Assembly: GCA_051362555.1 (NCBI GenBank)
Contig: CM120646.1
Coordinates: forward strand, 4,836,001-4,900,000
DNA length: 64,000 nucleotides
Reading direction: 5' to 3'
Source: Lingula anatina
Lineage: Eukaryota > Animalia > Brachiopoda
The notes below the pieces were generated by a model. It ran no database searches, was not told where the DNA came from, and saw nothing but the letters and a program-made list of their open reading frames with translations. Position numbers and translations under genes: made by a program. Shown here piece after piece: positions 13,314-26,526 of the stretch. Each line of letters opens with the position of its first letter. The first letter of the stretch is position 1.

Positions 13314-15128
13314 AGCACAAGGTAATACTGTTGTGGAATACTGCGTGAAAATACTGCATATGAACCTTAGTCATTGATTTGAACATATGACTTTAAGTGG
13401 AGTTGCTTTCCATTGTTTCAACAGGTCTGAACATTCTAAATTATTCGAAAAAGTAACGATGTATATCACGGTATTGATGAAAAGGAAAGGGAGTTAAAGG
13501 CATAATTATTCGGGTTCTTGAGTTAAAACTGCCGAAAATATGCCTATACATGTTTAACTTTTCGGCTCTGCACTTTTGCTACCGGGCAGGAAATCACGCA
13601 ATTTTTTTGCAGCTTTTATTTTTCGGCTGTATATCTTTGTAATTATTATTAAACCTATTTCATTTTACTACTTTGAAAGTTTTTTTTTTTTAGACAACGG
13701 CACTTTTACGTGGGAAATGTTACTTATTTATTTAGATATTTATTTAGTCCATTTATGAGCTTTACGGGCATTAACTAATGGTATATGTCAACTTGTCTTT
13801 ATGGCAAGGCTGACAGCACGACTTCGGACCTCTCTGCTTAAAACCATTTTTGCATAAGTTTGTGCTGGACAGTAGTATCCAAACAATCAGCCAAATTAAA
13901 AAAAAAATGAAATACCCATCACTAACAAAAGTCGTATTATATTCTGTACAATCCCCCTATCCTCATGCCTAATGTAGTTAATTGTCTAGGCAGTTTATGT
14001 ACCATATTTGTTATACTAGTAGTGTAGAGGGCCTGTAATTGTCATTTGTAGAGATTTTAGTGCTCTGCAAAGTGTCGTGTTGATATGCAGTGACAGCATC
14101 GCTACGTGGCCTCGGTAGAGGATAGCCAGCATGTACCATAGGATACACTATGTCAGAGCTTCACTTCCATTTAGTACCTTAATTTTTTTCTTCAGAGTTA
14201 CCCTGTTTCAACTTCAAAATATACTGTACATATACTTGGACTAGTTATATATTTTAATATATATATTCATAGAAGATATAAAATCCTTGTACTTGTAGCA
14301 GGGTTCGAAACCAATTTAATCTCGGCGAAAGCAATCTAATCTTAAGAGCAATCCGATTTAGGATGTGCGCATTTGACGCTAGCACCCATGTTGTCTGAGG
14401 ATAATTGCACCGTGAACAGATATAGTCAGTAACTGAACTTTCTTCACTATTTTAATGATTTGTTTTTGTGTTTTTACACATTGTAATCCAGGATTTTACT
14501 TAGTGAAGGGAAATAAGGGCTTATATATACCTGTATATAGGGCAGCAAGCCTTCAATATGTACACGAGGGTGGGCGAAGGTAAGGGGAAAGGGATACTTT
14601 TGTTTCGTTATGCTTGATATTCAATATTTGGTTATAGTATTTGTATATAATATAGCATAACTATAGTGCTGGTATGCATATCTAAATTATCGTTTAAGCT
14701 GGATGTTATTCATTTCGTATGTACGTCAAAACAGTCTGATGTTACACAATCCTTGTGCACCCTGTTCAGATAAATCATTTTGGTGAGAAATGTATATATC
14801 GCCTTAGTTTCACAAAGGAACAGTGTGCCCATATGTATCGTGGGCTTAATTAATGTTATTATTATATTTTTATTCATATTTGTTCACAAGTAATTGCATA
14901 CCCTATGTCATACCATGGCCTTAGAGTACACCTTAGTATGTCGTCTCTTGCTATTGTAGCAAAAAGATTTGATCAGCTTAGTACAGACGTCATATTTGTG
15001 TGATATTCTTTCTACCTTGACCATTGTCTCTGACTGTCAGTTATTCCAGTTTTCGTTTTGTCACAGATGGAGTCACTTTAAATATGCTTGAAACATAGAG
15101 GCTTACAATGTACAAAATCTTTGTTTTG

Positions 15129-15134
15129 AATAAA
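15129..15134 (+). other. Probable polyadenylation signal of GPCR1
   Basis: AATAAA in a context (aataaaact..a.acatgcacataaagagtg) conserved at 31624-31629 downstream of GPCR2. Confidence 0.55.
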
Positions 15135-15257
15135 ACTAGAAACATGCACATAAAGAGTGCCTCTTTGTTAGTTACTGATGTCGGTATGTTTCCGGAATGG
15201 AATTAAGAAAAGGAAAGAAAATACGACTTCACGCGCGCGCACACACACACACACAAG

Positions 15258-15304
<47 letters not shown>

Positions 15305-15797
15305 CGGCCTATAAAAAAGCATGTTAGGGCTGACGACAATTTCCTCATTTTATCACAACAAATAAACATTGAAAATTCCCAACAGATAATTCCTCTACTG
15401 GTAGCTTCATTACTAACCTGAGTTTATGCTGTTGACATAGTGTGCTTGCAAGTGAATCAAAAGTTTGACGTGACCATAGGATGACAAAGGAAAAATGAAC
15501 ATTACCTTGCCCTATATTGCAACAAACTTTTGCATAGTAATAATTCTACATACAAACCATGAGAAGATCCAGAATTACTGGAAGGGGGGAACGCGGAGGC
15601 GAAGTCGACCAAACCCCGCCCCTTAATTTAGAGGACAAACGGTGCCATTTGGTACGGAATAGAACTATGATTCAGCTAGTGAACATTCTAATCTCAAGAG
15701 GGGACCATTGGTAATTTTTTTTTTCAATAAAGATTTGAGAGGCATGGGGACACAATCGTTTCTATTTGATGTGAGTCAGTTTTACATGGTAAAACCC

Positions 15798-16904
15798 TCA
15801 CCCTTCGCCACAATAAGCAAGGTGACACTTAGTAATTGGTGGTAGATAATACAGGAAATAATCCACGCAGTTCCGCACTTTAACATCCAAAGACCAATTG
15901 CAGCAATCGCTTCCCCAGTTTGCGCATGCTTGACGGTCGACAGCAAAATCTTCCGGGACAGGGTTAGAGCCGTTTATCCACACTGGGGCGTGGGTTCCGC
16001 AGTGATGAGTAGGCACGCACTGTATAAAGATGAGCAGAAAGGTTAAAACATGCTCGTTTGATGACTTGGTCAATAGATATGATTGCCTTTTTATTGTCTA
16101 TTTGTTTTTTATTTAATTCTGTATTTTTCTAAATTTTGGATGTAATCTTATCAAATCGTGTGCACTGATTCTAAATCATCCCTTCCTCCAACTTATAAAG
16201 TTTCATACAGATCACATGTTGATTGCATGGTAATTTTGTGGCTGCTTGAAAAATCGACCAATCAATAAACTGAATTTTGTGAGGGTGTGAAAAATCGACC
16301 AAATGAACACAAATCACATTAAAGGGTCCTGGTTGTGGATAGGCAATGAGGAGCTTCTGGAACTTTTCCTCAGTGTCTTTTTACAAAATAACTGCTGACA
16401 GACAAGCCACGGGTGCACTTTAAGTTCACATGTTACCAGTTGTATTCAAATACTGTCACTATGTATAATGATTGTCATGTGGCGAAATTAATTTCTCCTA
16501 GATCTATTGTATTAAAGTTCGTAAGTACTTGCTCTATGAGCAATTTCATTGGGTGTTAAATCCCCATCGATCTGCTGATATTCTTACCCAGTTTGGCATT
16601 TTGATGCCGGCTGCCCCTGAAAATCGATACCACTGAGTGACCCAGCCGACCTTGTCGCAGTGTTCCTCACCATCGACTACCGTAAAATTCAAGCTCCTCC
16701 ACGCTTGGTCCAACACCTCGTAGCTCAACGTAGAGCACGATTCTGCAAAATGTGCATTAAATTACTGAACGATTTAAATTCTTTGCACACTCTCAAAAAG
16801 AGAAATGTAAATTTTAAATGGATTAGACAATTACTTTAAATCATGGTCACATAAATTGAAAGCATCTTATTTAAAATGGTTTCATATCTTATAGACAATA
16901 AAAG

Positions 16905-16973
<69 letters not shown>

Positions 16974-19900
16974 CATTGTAAAGGACTTCAAAATTATAAC
17001 ATTTTAAGTGGATATAAATGATAAATGCGATTAACATGGATCTATCGTGATCTTTTTTAGCATTGATTTAAGTTACAGAATATTATTATTATATTTCTGG
17101 AAAAATCTTACCTGCAAATCACATGCATAAGATGGGCGTTTTTGTGAGAGAACATAGTCAAATATAAGATGTTTTTCAAACGTTTTTGGTGGTTTTCTTA
17201 ACTGATTTAGCGACAGCCACAACTGAAGTTCTTACCTGTTTCACAATTTCTACCAGTATAACCGGATGGACAGCTGCACAAATATGTTTCAGATTGATTC
17301 TTGCATTCTGCACCATTCTGACAGGGCTGACTGCGACATGGATTTCTTGCTGTAACACAATTTTAGTGTGCTAATGATACCTGATATAATTAGAATAACC
17401 TTCTTGCTCTTTCCCACAGAGACAAACACGCCTATATGTTAATTAAAACTAATTCCGGGAATGTGCGTGCCCAAACACACACTCCCACACACACACACAC
17501 ACACAATCACAAACGTGCACGCACACGCACACGCACACACACGCACACTGATATATTTAAGGCTATATTTAATATAAAGCCATATAAAAACGTTAAACCC
17601 TTACTTTGGCAGTTTGACTCATAGTACCCGGCAGAGCACAAACATTGATAAGAATTCACCATGTCAACACATGTCCCACCATTCTGACAAGGACGACTGG
17701 AGCATTCACTGATCTCTGGAATTCCAATAGATATTCGGTAAATTAAAAATAATGCTGGGAATAATTCAACAAAACTCTATTCACTCATTTAAATACATGT
17801 ATAACAACTTTTTAAAACGACCAAATATTACAAAACGAAATGCCCTGAAATCATGTAAGGTCTAACTTAATTTGGAATTTGTTTAAATTTTGCTTCATTG
17901 TTTGACATCCTACCTAGCTGGCAAAAAACTCCCGTGAAACCAGGTGGGCAACTGCAGTGAAAACCTCCATAATTGTTTCTGCAGGTGGCGCCCTTTGCAC
18001 ATGGGTTGTTCAAGCATTCATTTATATCTGCAGCGAAATAAAATAAATTTGGGTCTAACACTTTATTTTGAAGTTCATTTCAATTTAGTTCCATCACCTT
18101 AATTATAAATACGTTTTGAAATTATGAATATACTTCTTGAAATTATGTAGCTTTTCCGTTAAAATATTGACAAAAAATAAAGATGAGAGTTTTTAATGTT
18201 TTTGAAAGAACCCGTATGAGCTGTTACATTGAATGTCATAAATTTCTTTTTCAAAAAGTCCCACTGTAAATCATGATGTAATAAGGACATTAACTGTGAA
18301 CATTTACTAACCGTCTTCGCACCTTGGTCCACGGAAATCGGAAGTGCAAGAACATCGAAAAGAACCCATCAAGCTCTCACACGAGGCGCCGTTTTTGCAA
18401 GGTAAGCTTAGGCAATGGTTGGTTACTATGGAAATATACAGCATGATAATATTTCATATCAAAACTATTTTGATTACAATGTAGTAGAACCAATAACATT
18501 GGGGATATGTGTGTGTGAGTTATCAAGTGCGTGTAAAATTACATATTACTTACATTGCTTCATGGTACTTTGTCGATTTCTCTAAACATTCTCGAAAACA
18601 GTTTTAAAAAATGAACATTGCATGTAACAAAATTATAACATATTTCATTGCATTTTATAGGGGATAAATCGTTCTGCTCATTTACGACTTTCCTTTAATT
18701 ATTCTTCCCCTTGAAAGTAGACTAAATTGCCGATCTTGTGTGAAAACATTGGCAAAATGTGAGAGGTTTTTTCATAAGTTTTTAGTGGTTGTTAACTGAT
18801 TTAGCGAGAGCCACAAATGAAGTTCTTACCTGTTTCACAATTTCTACCAGTATAACCGGATGGACAGCTGCACAAATATGTTTCAGATTGATTCTTGCAT
18901 TCTGCACCATTCTGACAGGGCTGGCTGCGACATGGATCTCTTGCTGTAACACAATTTTACTGTGCTAATGATACTTGATATAATTAGAATAATCTTCTTG
19001 TTCTCTCCCTAAAGAATAACACCTGGTGAAACAACACCTTTTCACAAACACTGAAGTCCGTGAACGTGCATGGGTAAACACACATGGTTTGTTCAATGGG
19101 ATATTTCATATAAAACCACAAGAGAAACGTGTGCCCCACAGCACCCGATAGAGCACAAACATCGATAATACTACACCATGCCAACACATGTCCCACCATC
19201 CTGACGAGGATGGCTGGAACATCCACTGATTTCTAGGATTCCAAAATATATTTTTGTCGATTATTGTGTTTTTTTTTCTTTTTTATCATTATAGCAAATA
19301 TATTATATTGGTCACACGTAGCAAAAAAAAGTGCCAACAGAAATATGACAGTAGTCCTGATTTTGATGTGTCCAAAATGAAAACAAAATCTCGAAAAATA
19401 ACCTTCTGTACTTACCTTTCAAACCATTTTCTGCTGAGATCAAATGGTCTAAATGCTGAGTAAGTTTGTCACAATATCCCTCACGCGCAAACACAATCGA
19501 CAAAGTAATTACCAGTGCAACACAGAGTATCCCTATTAGTGTTATGAGTAATCCCTTCTTTACTTTTGTCTTCAGTGGTTTTATGCTCTTTCTGTGTGGA
19601 TCAGTAGTATTTTCGGCTGGATGAGAAATCATTAAGCTCTCATACACATTTGGTGTGTCCCCTTCAGCAAGATCCACATCTGATGACGTTCCGGGCCTGT
19701 ATGCTACATTCACATGCGGACTGTTTTGCTGTTTTTTAGAAGCGGTTATTGCCGTGATATCTAGAAGAAGCATTTAATTACGCACTTGTTAAACAATTTG
19801 AACATTTACATCGATAATAAACTCAAGGGAACAAATATAAGAATATTATTTTATAAATAGGAATGTAATGCACGTATTTTCAGATAAATTCACAACACAG

Positions 19901-20015
19901 GACTAACATTCCTGCATGTATTCTCACTCACACATTTACTACAATAGCTTTAATGTTGAACGAATTTCTTAAATTAAAATTCAGATCTTTTATGCATACC
20001 ATTTTTGTCCACCAT
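15798..20015 (-). CDS. Type II membrane protein: cytoplasmic tail, TM, 5 EGF-like domains, C-terminal uromodulin/GP2/OIT3-type D8C domain (~434 aa)
   Basis: Phase-consistent GT-AG exons: 20015-20000 (MVDKN); 19760-19416 (tail + [25 protein letters not shown]); EGF exons 18943-18830, 18425-18312, 18027-17914 (DINEC, Ca-binding type), 17715-17605, 17349-17236; D8C exons 16742-16588 (WRS...CD...[13 protein letters not shown]) and 16019-15798 (CGTHAPVW...CC.W...VRNC...YYL...C.LAYC). Confidence 0.85.
16906..16971. repeat. (TA)n microsatellite
   Basis: Direct reading. Confidence 0.95.
19120..19232 (-). pseudogene. Dead EGF exon (pseudoexon), paralog of exon 17715-17605
   Basis: Translates [29 protein letters not shown]: in-frame TAG at 19171-19173, a Cys-to-Arg change and no donor at the expected position. 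Confidence 0.8.
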
Positions 20016-20306
20016 GCTTACTTTCCTCAATAATTGTGCTGTAATAATAAAATGCATATATAGGTATAATATTTGCATCCGGGTGTTATTTTTTACGTTC
20101 ACACGGCTTAATTAATCTGCTGAAACAGAGAAATGACTGAAAAAAGGATATATCCACTTGATTTACATCAGGTGTCAATATATTTGAAATTTATATAAAA
20201 ATGGCGCACAATGTACAAAGTTGAAATGAAGATAATCATCTTTAAAAAAATTCCATGCAAAACTAAACTGCCCGAAACCTAGATTTAAGTCATTTATTTT
20301 TCTTAC

Positions 20307-21350
20307 TGATGTATTCATAACAACATTTTTGAACTGCATATAATTTCATCTCTGACTCTGAAACTAATTTCACTTCCTGGTTGATGAAACGAAAACAACA
20401 CCTGAGTGGAAAATATGTAAATCAAACCACTTGCGTCTCATCTTACAGGTACCTGTAGCATATTGAATAAGAATTGTTGCGTGCTTTTACTGTTCAAAAT
20501 AATTTGAAAAAGCGCCAGCCCGGCAGTTTATCCGGAAGGATACACTCCAACTGGCAACTCTGGGCTACTATGCATTGGTGCTATTAATACATTCGATTTG
20601 ACCTCATTGCAGAAACCATTTAACTACTGCAACTTATGTTGTCAACGATAGCGATGTTAAAAAGAATATTTAACTCACTCGTGTGTTCATTAAAACACAT
20701 TTTGAACTATCTATTTTCATCTCTCACCTCTAAAACTTATTTTCCTTCCTTGTTGATGAAACGAACACTGCAGTCAAATAAAATAGGATACCGCGCGACT
20801 CACATGGGTCTTACTTGTAGATGAGTGAATCAATCGAATTACCGGAACTGTATAATTCAATGAGTCGCCTTCACCTGGTAAAGATGAAGTTTGTGGTTAA
20901 AATCGGATAGTACTATTCGTTACAAAGATGTGCAAACCAACAGCCTATTTTTTTTGGACAAAACATCACTTGTAACATGAAATGCCAGATGTTGTAGAAT
21001 AGGGCTTTTGACCATTTAAAATGATCACGATAAAATAACTACCAAAGTAATTTACTTTAATGATCAACGACCTTAAAGATGTAAATGGAAACAGTTGCAC
21101 CAAGTGGGGAATAGAGTTAATAATCTGTACAGAAAAAAAACTCAACAATTTCAAATAAACTAAACATTCTCATTTTACTTACCAGTGCGTTTATCAAAAG
21201 CAATGTTTTGATAGTATTTTTCACTTGATACTGCGCCAGTCTTGTTGACAACACACTGAAACAATTTTCCTTCTTGGTTGATAAATAGTGCATCTCGCTT
21301 TATGAAAAAAATTATTATCAAACCTTGTGCATCTCACGTCTCACTTGGCC
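20307..21350 (-). promoter_or_regulatory. Three diverged copies of a promoter/first-exon cassette upstream of the EGF-D8C gene
   Basis: Homologous blocks ~20300-20455, ~20672-20820 and ~21178-21350, each ending in a minus-strand donor (gtaaga, gtgagt, gtaagt); matching acceptor at 20039-20040. Confidence 0.55.
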
Positions 21351-22011
21351 GGCCGCATATCTTTTGTAGTACACATTTTATATCGGAAACACTTAAAGAC
21401 GCTTCCTCCAAGATAAGATTGCACTGCAATCGGCAACTCCGTATATGCAGCATGGTTTTCTTTGTGGATGTCATGTTAATCGGTTGTGTTAGTTTAGCCG
21501 CCTTAACATACAACTATAGCAATGTGTGTGTTTTTTTAGCTGATACTTGTTGATCAGGATAATACTAGATGGCAAAGCTAGTGAAAAAGATGAAAGAAAG
21601 AGTGACGATAAGAATGACATTATAATACCACTAATTTCTATCTCAGGGTTTTGGAGGAAGTAGAGAACCGTCAATGAACCGTAAAGAAGGTCTGTATTTT
21701 TATTCTCTCCACTTGACCAGCTCATCTGCTCAATGACACCCGTTTTCCTGATGGCAGTGCGTTATTACTTCGTAAGTACACTCTTTTTCTTATTCTATGT
21801 GAACTCATTCTACTGCATGAATCAGAACATCCATTCACTTTTACTCTCTCCATTTTATTTCTTACGATAACTTTGGCCTGACGTGTGATGCAAAAAACCA
21901 TTGACTAAGCTGAAGGTGACACATTTTTTTTAAATATTTTTAAATAGTTCGTTCAAAGATGCATCGTTTATTTATTTCCCCAACCGCAATGAATACACGA
22001 CCAAATATTAG

Positions 22012-22207
22012 ATTCTGACTTCGTCTAACCATATGGTCCCACTACCTTGCCTTAGACAAGCCTCATCTACGGCAAAGGCGGTGGAATGGGGGAGATCCCG
22101 ATTGTCTCCACACACTTTTCCTAGACTCCGTTGTGATGCACTTTTACTTTGCCACCTTACTTTCCATTGATATTTATTCCATTCTTGAGCTTGAACTTAA
22201 TGCAAGC
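22012..22207 (-). pseudogene. Degraded SRCR (scavenger receptor Cys-rich) domain exon
   Basis: After a cag acceptor: FKLKNG...GKVKVHHNGV*, then a frameshift to GKVCGDNRDL...AVDEACLRQGSGTIWLDEV. Matches the SRCR consensus GRVEVxHNGxWGTVCDDxWD...FGQGSGxIWLDxV. Confidence 0.75.
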
Positions 22208-25200
22208 CTGGACAATCAGAAATAAAATACATTTGCTGAAGTGCTACATACTGAAAGCTAGTTCCATTTGTAATTGTTTTTGTTTTTTACCTCCATTATT
22301 ATTATTATTTTTTACCTCCAATATCTTTCTAGCGTCTCTATATGAGGGAAGATTGTTTCCAGATAGAAATCCCCTTCTAGAAGAAATACTTGCCCAACCC
22401 CATCTGCTTCTTTAGAAAAAGCAGGACATGAAAAGGGAGGATTCAACAATTTTCATTAGTTATAAAAATGGGTTAATACAAGCTGGCTGTTCTAATCCTG
22501 AAAAATTAATAAATTTAGCATGAAACTCTACAAAAAATTTCATCTATAACAAATTATTTTATATGCCTTAATAAGAAGGATAAAATGTTACAACAATATA
22601 AATAAACATGTCAAATAAGCGACAAAAGCAGATTTGTCATACCTGTGTTACCTAAAGTGTTACCTTACCTGACCTCCTTAATTGGGTTCTTATGCACTCA
22701 TAAACATTGAGTCCCCGTGGGCACGGGAAATGTTTAAATGTAAGTAAATGTAATTGTCTTTAAATTCACTCCCCAATTCACCCCAGAGGTTCAATTTTTG
22801 AAACACACAATAATAGCCTAAACACAACTTTTGTGGTCGTCCAAAAAGCATAAGGTGGTATGTGCAAGCCACAGTTTAATGGGCGCATCGACGTGATATG
22901 CAGGTCGACCAAGCGAAGGTATTTCCTTCTTCTTCACTGTACTGTGACGCAGCGTTATCATTACTGGCACAGAGAGAGACACTCTAACACGCAATGAAAC
23001 ATCCAGCAAATCTGAATACAGGAATACCGTGTAGCTATAACGAATCCATAACCTAATGGAGATCCGTTTCGTTTCTCTCAGCCATTGGTCCTCACAGGGC
23101 CCAATTCCAGCAAGAACGAACACACACAGCCAGTCACCCAATCACCACCCTAACCTTGCACAACCACGAGGTAATCTATTAGGCCAACAACAGTCCATTT
23201 CCAATATTCGCTGATATGAGAAAAACAATTACATACTGGTAATGGAAACGTCAATTACAGAACGGTGATGGACCAATTGCGTTTTAATATCATATTCTAC
23301 AGGGTCATGATAATCCATGCACCAGTACAGAAAAAATGAATTGAATTGAACTGGATTTTATTTGAACTATATAACTTACACTTTTAAAAGTCATTTTTGC
23401 ACCTGAATTTTTGAAAAAGTGTGACCTTGAAATATCATATTTTAACAACATATTGTATGTGTTGGATTATATAAGATGACATGTTTATTATGACGACTTC
23501 GAATATCTTTATTTAAAAAGTAAATTGTTAGACGTGAGTTAATTGGTTAAACATTTTTTCTTTTGATTTTATAATTTTTCTATGGAGTTTCAAACAGCGG
23601 TGTTCGTCATTTTCAACATTGAGACTCTAAAATGGAGTGTGAATATTTTTTCAAGACGGATATGAAGAAGATATTAAGCGTCGTCATTAAAGCAGATCAT
23701 TTATACTTTGCGACTCCGCAATGCCCGAACTTCGGAAAAGTTTAAACTCTTTATATCCGACCAGAGATCCTGTTATCACTATTACCACCACTTATCCATT
23801 AGATATGTCATTGTCCGTATGAGGCAAGCTGCTCTTACACTAAATAATATTTTTTGATTAACGAAAAGGACGAAAATAATATAATATACTATCATGCTCT
23901 CAAAACCCCATATAGCCTACCCCAGTATTTGCATATAGTTGTTGATCAAAATACTTTCTATACTCAAATATACTTTTAATTATGTATTGGATTCCGTAGG
24001 GTCTTAACAAGCTGACCACCCTTTGATACGTAGATGAGTAGTTCAGTTTAGTTCAGTTCGGTTCAGTTCAGTTCGTTTCAGTGAAATCTTGCCATTCATT
24101 GAAAACAGCTATTCATAGAACCAGGGTTGGTGCCAATGCATGGACTCTCATGATGGCGATGATGCTGATACATGATTATAAATCCATCCTTCAATTTCTT
24201 TAAGGCATTGTCACAAATGCCACACAAAAGGAACAAGTACTCTTGTTGCCAGTTACACTTTGTAAATCCTTTGTAAATCTCATAACGTTGAAAAGTAGCT
24301 TTTCCCAGTTAAAACCTGTAATAAAAAATGTAATCATTTATTTAATATTTTACCTGTATAGGTAACAAAAAATTAAGAGAAAAAGCCTGACTGAACACCT
24401 GTTTGACATATTGCCAAACCAACAAATGCCCACGATAAAGGAGTCATGACTTTATCTCACAGGGTTTCTCAGTTTATTTGGGAGCAAAACAGCCAGAGAA
24501 GACTGAGGAAACCCTCGTGGAGGGAAGTCAATTTTGTGGGAACCTGTCAAGTGGCATTTTCTTCAATCAGGTTTCCACGTTGACAGGTTTCCAGAAACTG
24601 TGAATTGTGAAAGACCTCCTGGATCCGCCTTTGCCCTGTATATTAATGCTCTTTCACATCTTACAAGCAACTGTTACCTTTCCCTATTTTCAATTTTTAT
24701 TTTCATTATTATTTATTTAGTATTATTACAAGTGAGACATTCAGGGGAGTGATCGTCTTAGTTTAAAAATGCATCGACATCTTTAACAATTACTATGCCT
24801 AGGAATCCTATATTTGTTCAAGCGGAGCGCTGCTCTAATGAAAGTATATCAGCTAGGACGCCGACCCCGTTGTTTATTGGAAAAGGCATTGCGGTTAAGT
24901 AACAAGCCATGTGTGTGAAAAGTACTGCGCACTGATAGGCTAAGGTTATCCGGTGATTGACAGCCTCAGATAGGTTCACATTGGGTTTATTGGACAAATA
25001 CCCAGGACAAAGGAGTCATCTGATTATTATATCCTTGAACATTGAGATGTTCTCATCCAACCACAGAGTGGTATATATTCTGGTGGCACGAGCACTCTAA
25101 TCCACGGCAGACCACAAGAAACAAGAAGTTCCTGATCGGTGCTCAGTCTTCAGTGCTCTCGTATATAGACCAGGGGTGCAGCAGATTTGCAGGTGAGAGA

Positions 25201-25839
25201 AACAGATATATTCGAACATATTGTATTTGTATGCAAAGTAGAAATGGTAAATTCTACGTCCCCTTTAGATTTAGTTAACCGTTCTCCGGTCAGGCAGCTA
25301 GGTGGATACTGCATTGCCTAAATGTTAAATTTATTAACGCATCATCGTATCGTCCAAATGGCATACATGTATATGTTTATTTCCCCCGTACCGTTAGTCT
25401 GAATAAAAATTCTGTTAAAGCTTAATTACACCGTATTTTCTTGATGGTCTTATTAAAATCAATGTAACTGTGTTATTTATTTACCCACAATGTTTATTTA
25501 TATAATTGTATTTCTTTCTTCCTCCCTTGTGGACTTTAATTACTCCATATTTTGTTACATACTAGTGTGACCGTATGTTTCATGATTTGTTTATGATAAT
25601 TTTTAATCACACCAAGAAGGTACATCTCACCGCTTAGTTTGAATACTTTTAGTAGTACTTTAACAAGTACATCTGTCCATTATGTATAGATCAATTTGTT
25701 CATTCACGTACTGGCAACGTAAATACCATTTACATAGTGGCGATGCACCGATGTTGTTATTGCATTATTTTGTACATGATAACTTATGTACTAGTACAAA
25801 AATGAATTGAATTGGTATATCTGTTAAAGCTGAAACCTG

Positions 25840-26526
25840 GGGCCGGTTTCACAAAGCAGTAGTTAGTTAGCGATCGGTAGTTAGCCTATCGCTAGTTATA
25901 GTGCCGTTTCACGAAGCAGTCGCTAGTTCTCTCGCTCGTTATTGTCTCGTTGTTACCATGGATATTTAACGACTGGTCAGACCAGTCGCTAACTCTAGAG
26001 TTTCATCGTACGCATGCGTAATGAGCGAAATAAAAAGGTTGCTTAGTTACCGTTGTCTGTCGTTTGTCTTTGTATCCAATATGGCGGCTACCTTTCTTGC
26101 TAACCGTACCGCCAGACGGCAACGTAGACTACGACGTTTTCATGAAAGGCAGAATCTATTAGAATATACACACGATGATGCAATTTACGAGAGGTTGCGC
26201 CTAGCTGTGACAAAAAGAGCGGCAAAAAGGTGGTGGAGATTCTTTACGACGACCTCCAAGCAGACGTTCTTATGCATTTCCAGCCACCAAAAATTGGAGA
26301 GTTAGTGCTTTCGTGACACTTTTACGCAAGAGTTCCACTTCCGGCCGACGGTTTCGAGACTACGGTGAGTAACGAGACAACTAGCGACCGAACTTTACGA
26401 CTGAACTTAGCGATAAGTTAACGACTGCTTCGTGAAACACCCCTTGAAAATCGCTAAGTTTGCTCGTTAGCGAGGTAGTTCAGTAGTTAGTTGTTCTAAC
26501 TAACTACTGCTTTGTGAAACCGGCCC
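25840..26526 (+). mobile_element. Non-autonomous PIF/Harbinger element
   Basis: ~31-bp TIR gggccggtttcacaaagcagtagttagttag; 3-bp TSD CTG; internal remnant MAATFLANRTARRQRRLRRFHERQNLLEYTHDDAIYERLRL resembling a Harbinger transposase N-terminus. Confidence 0.88.
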
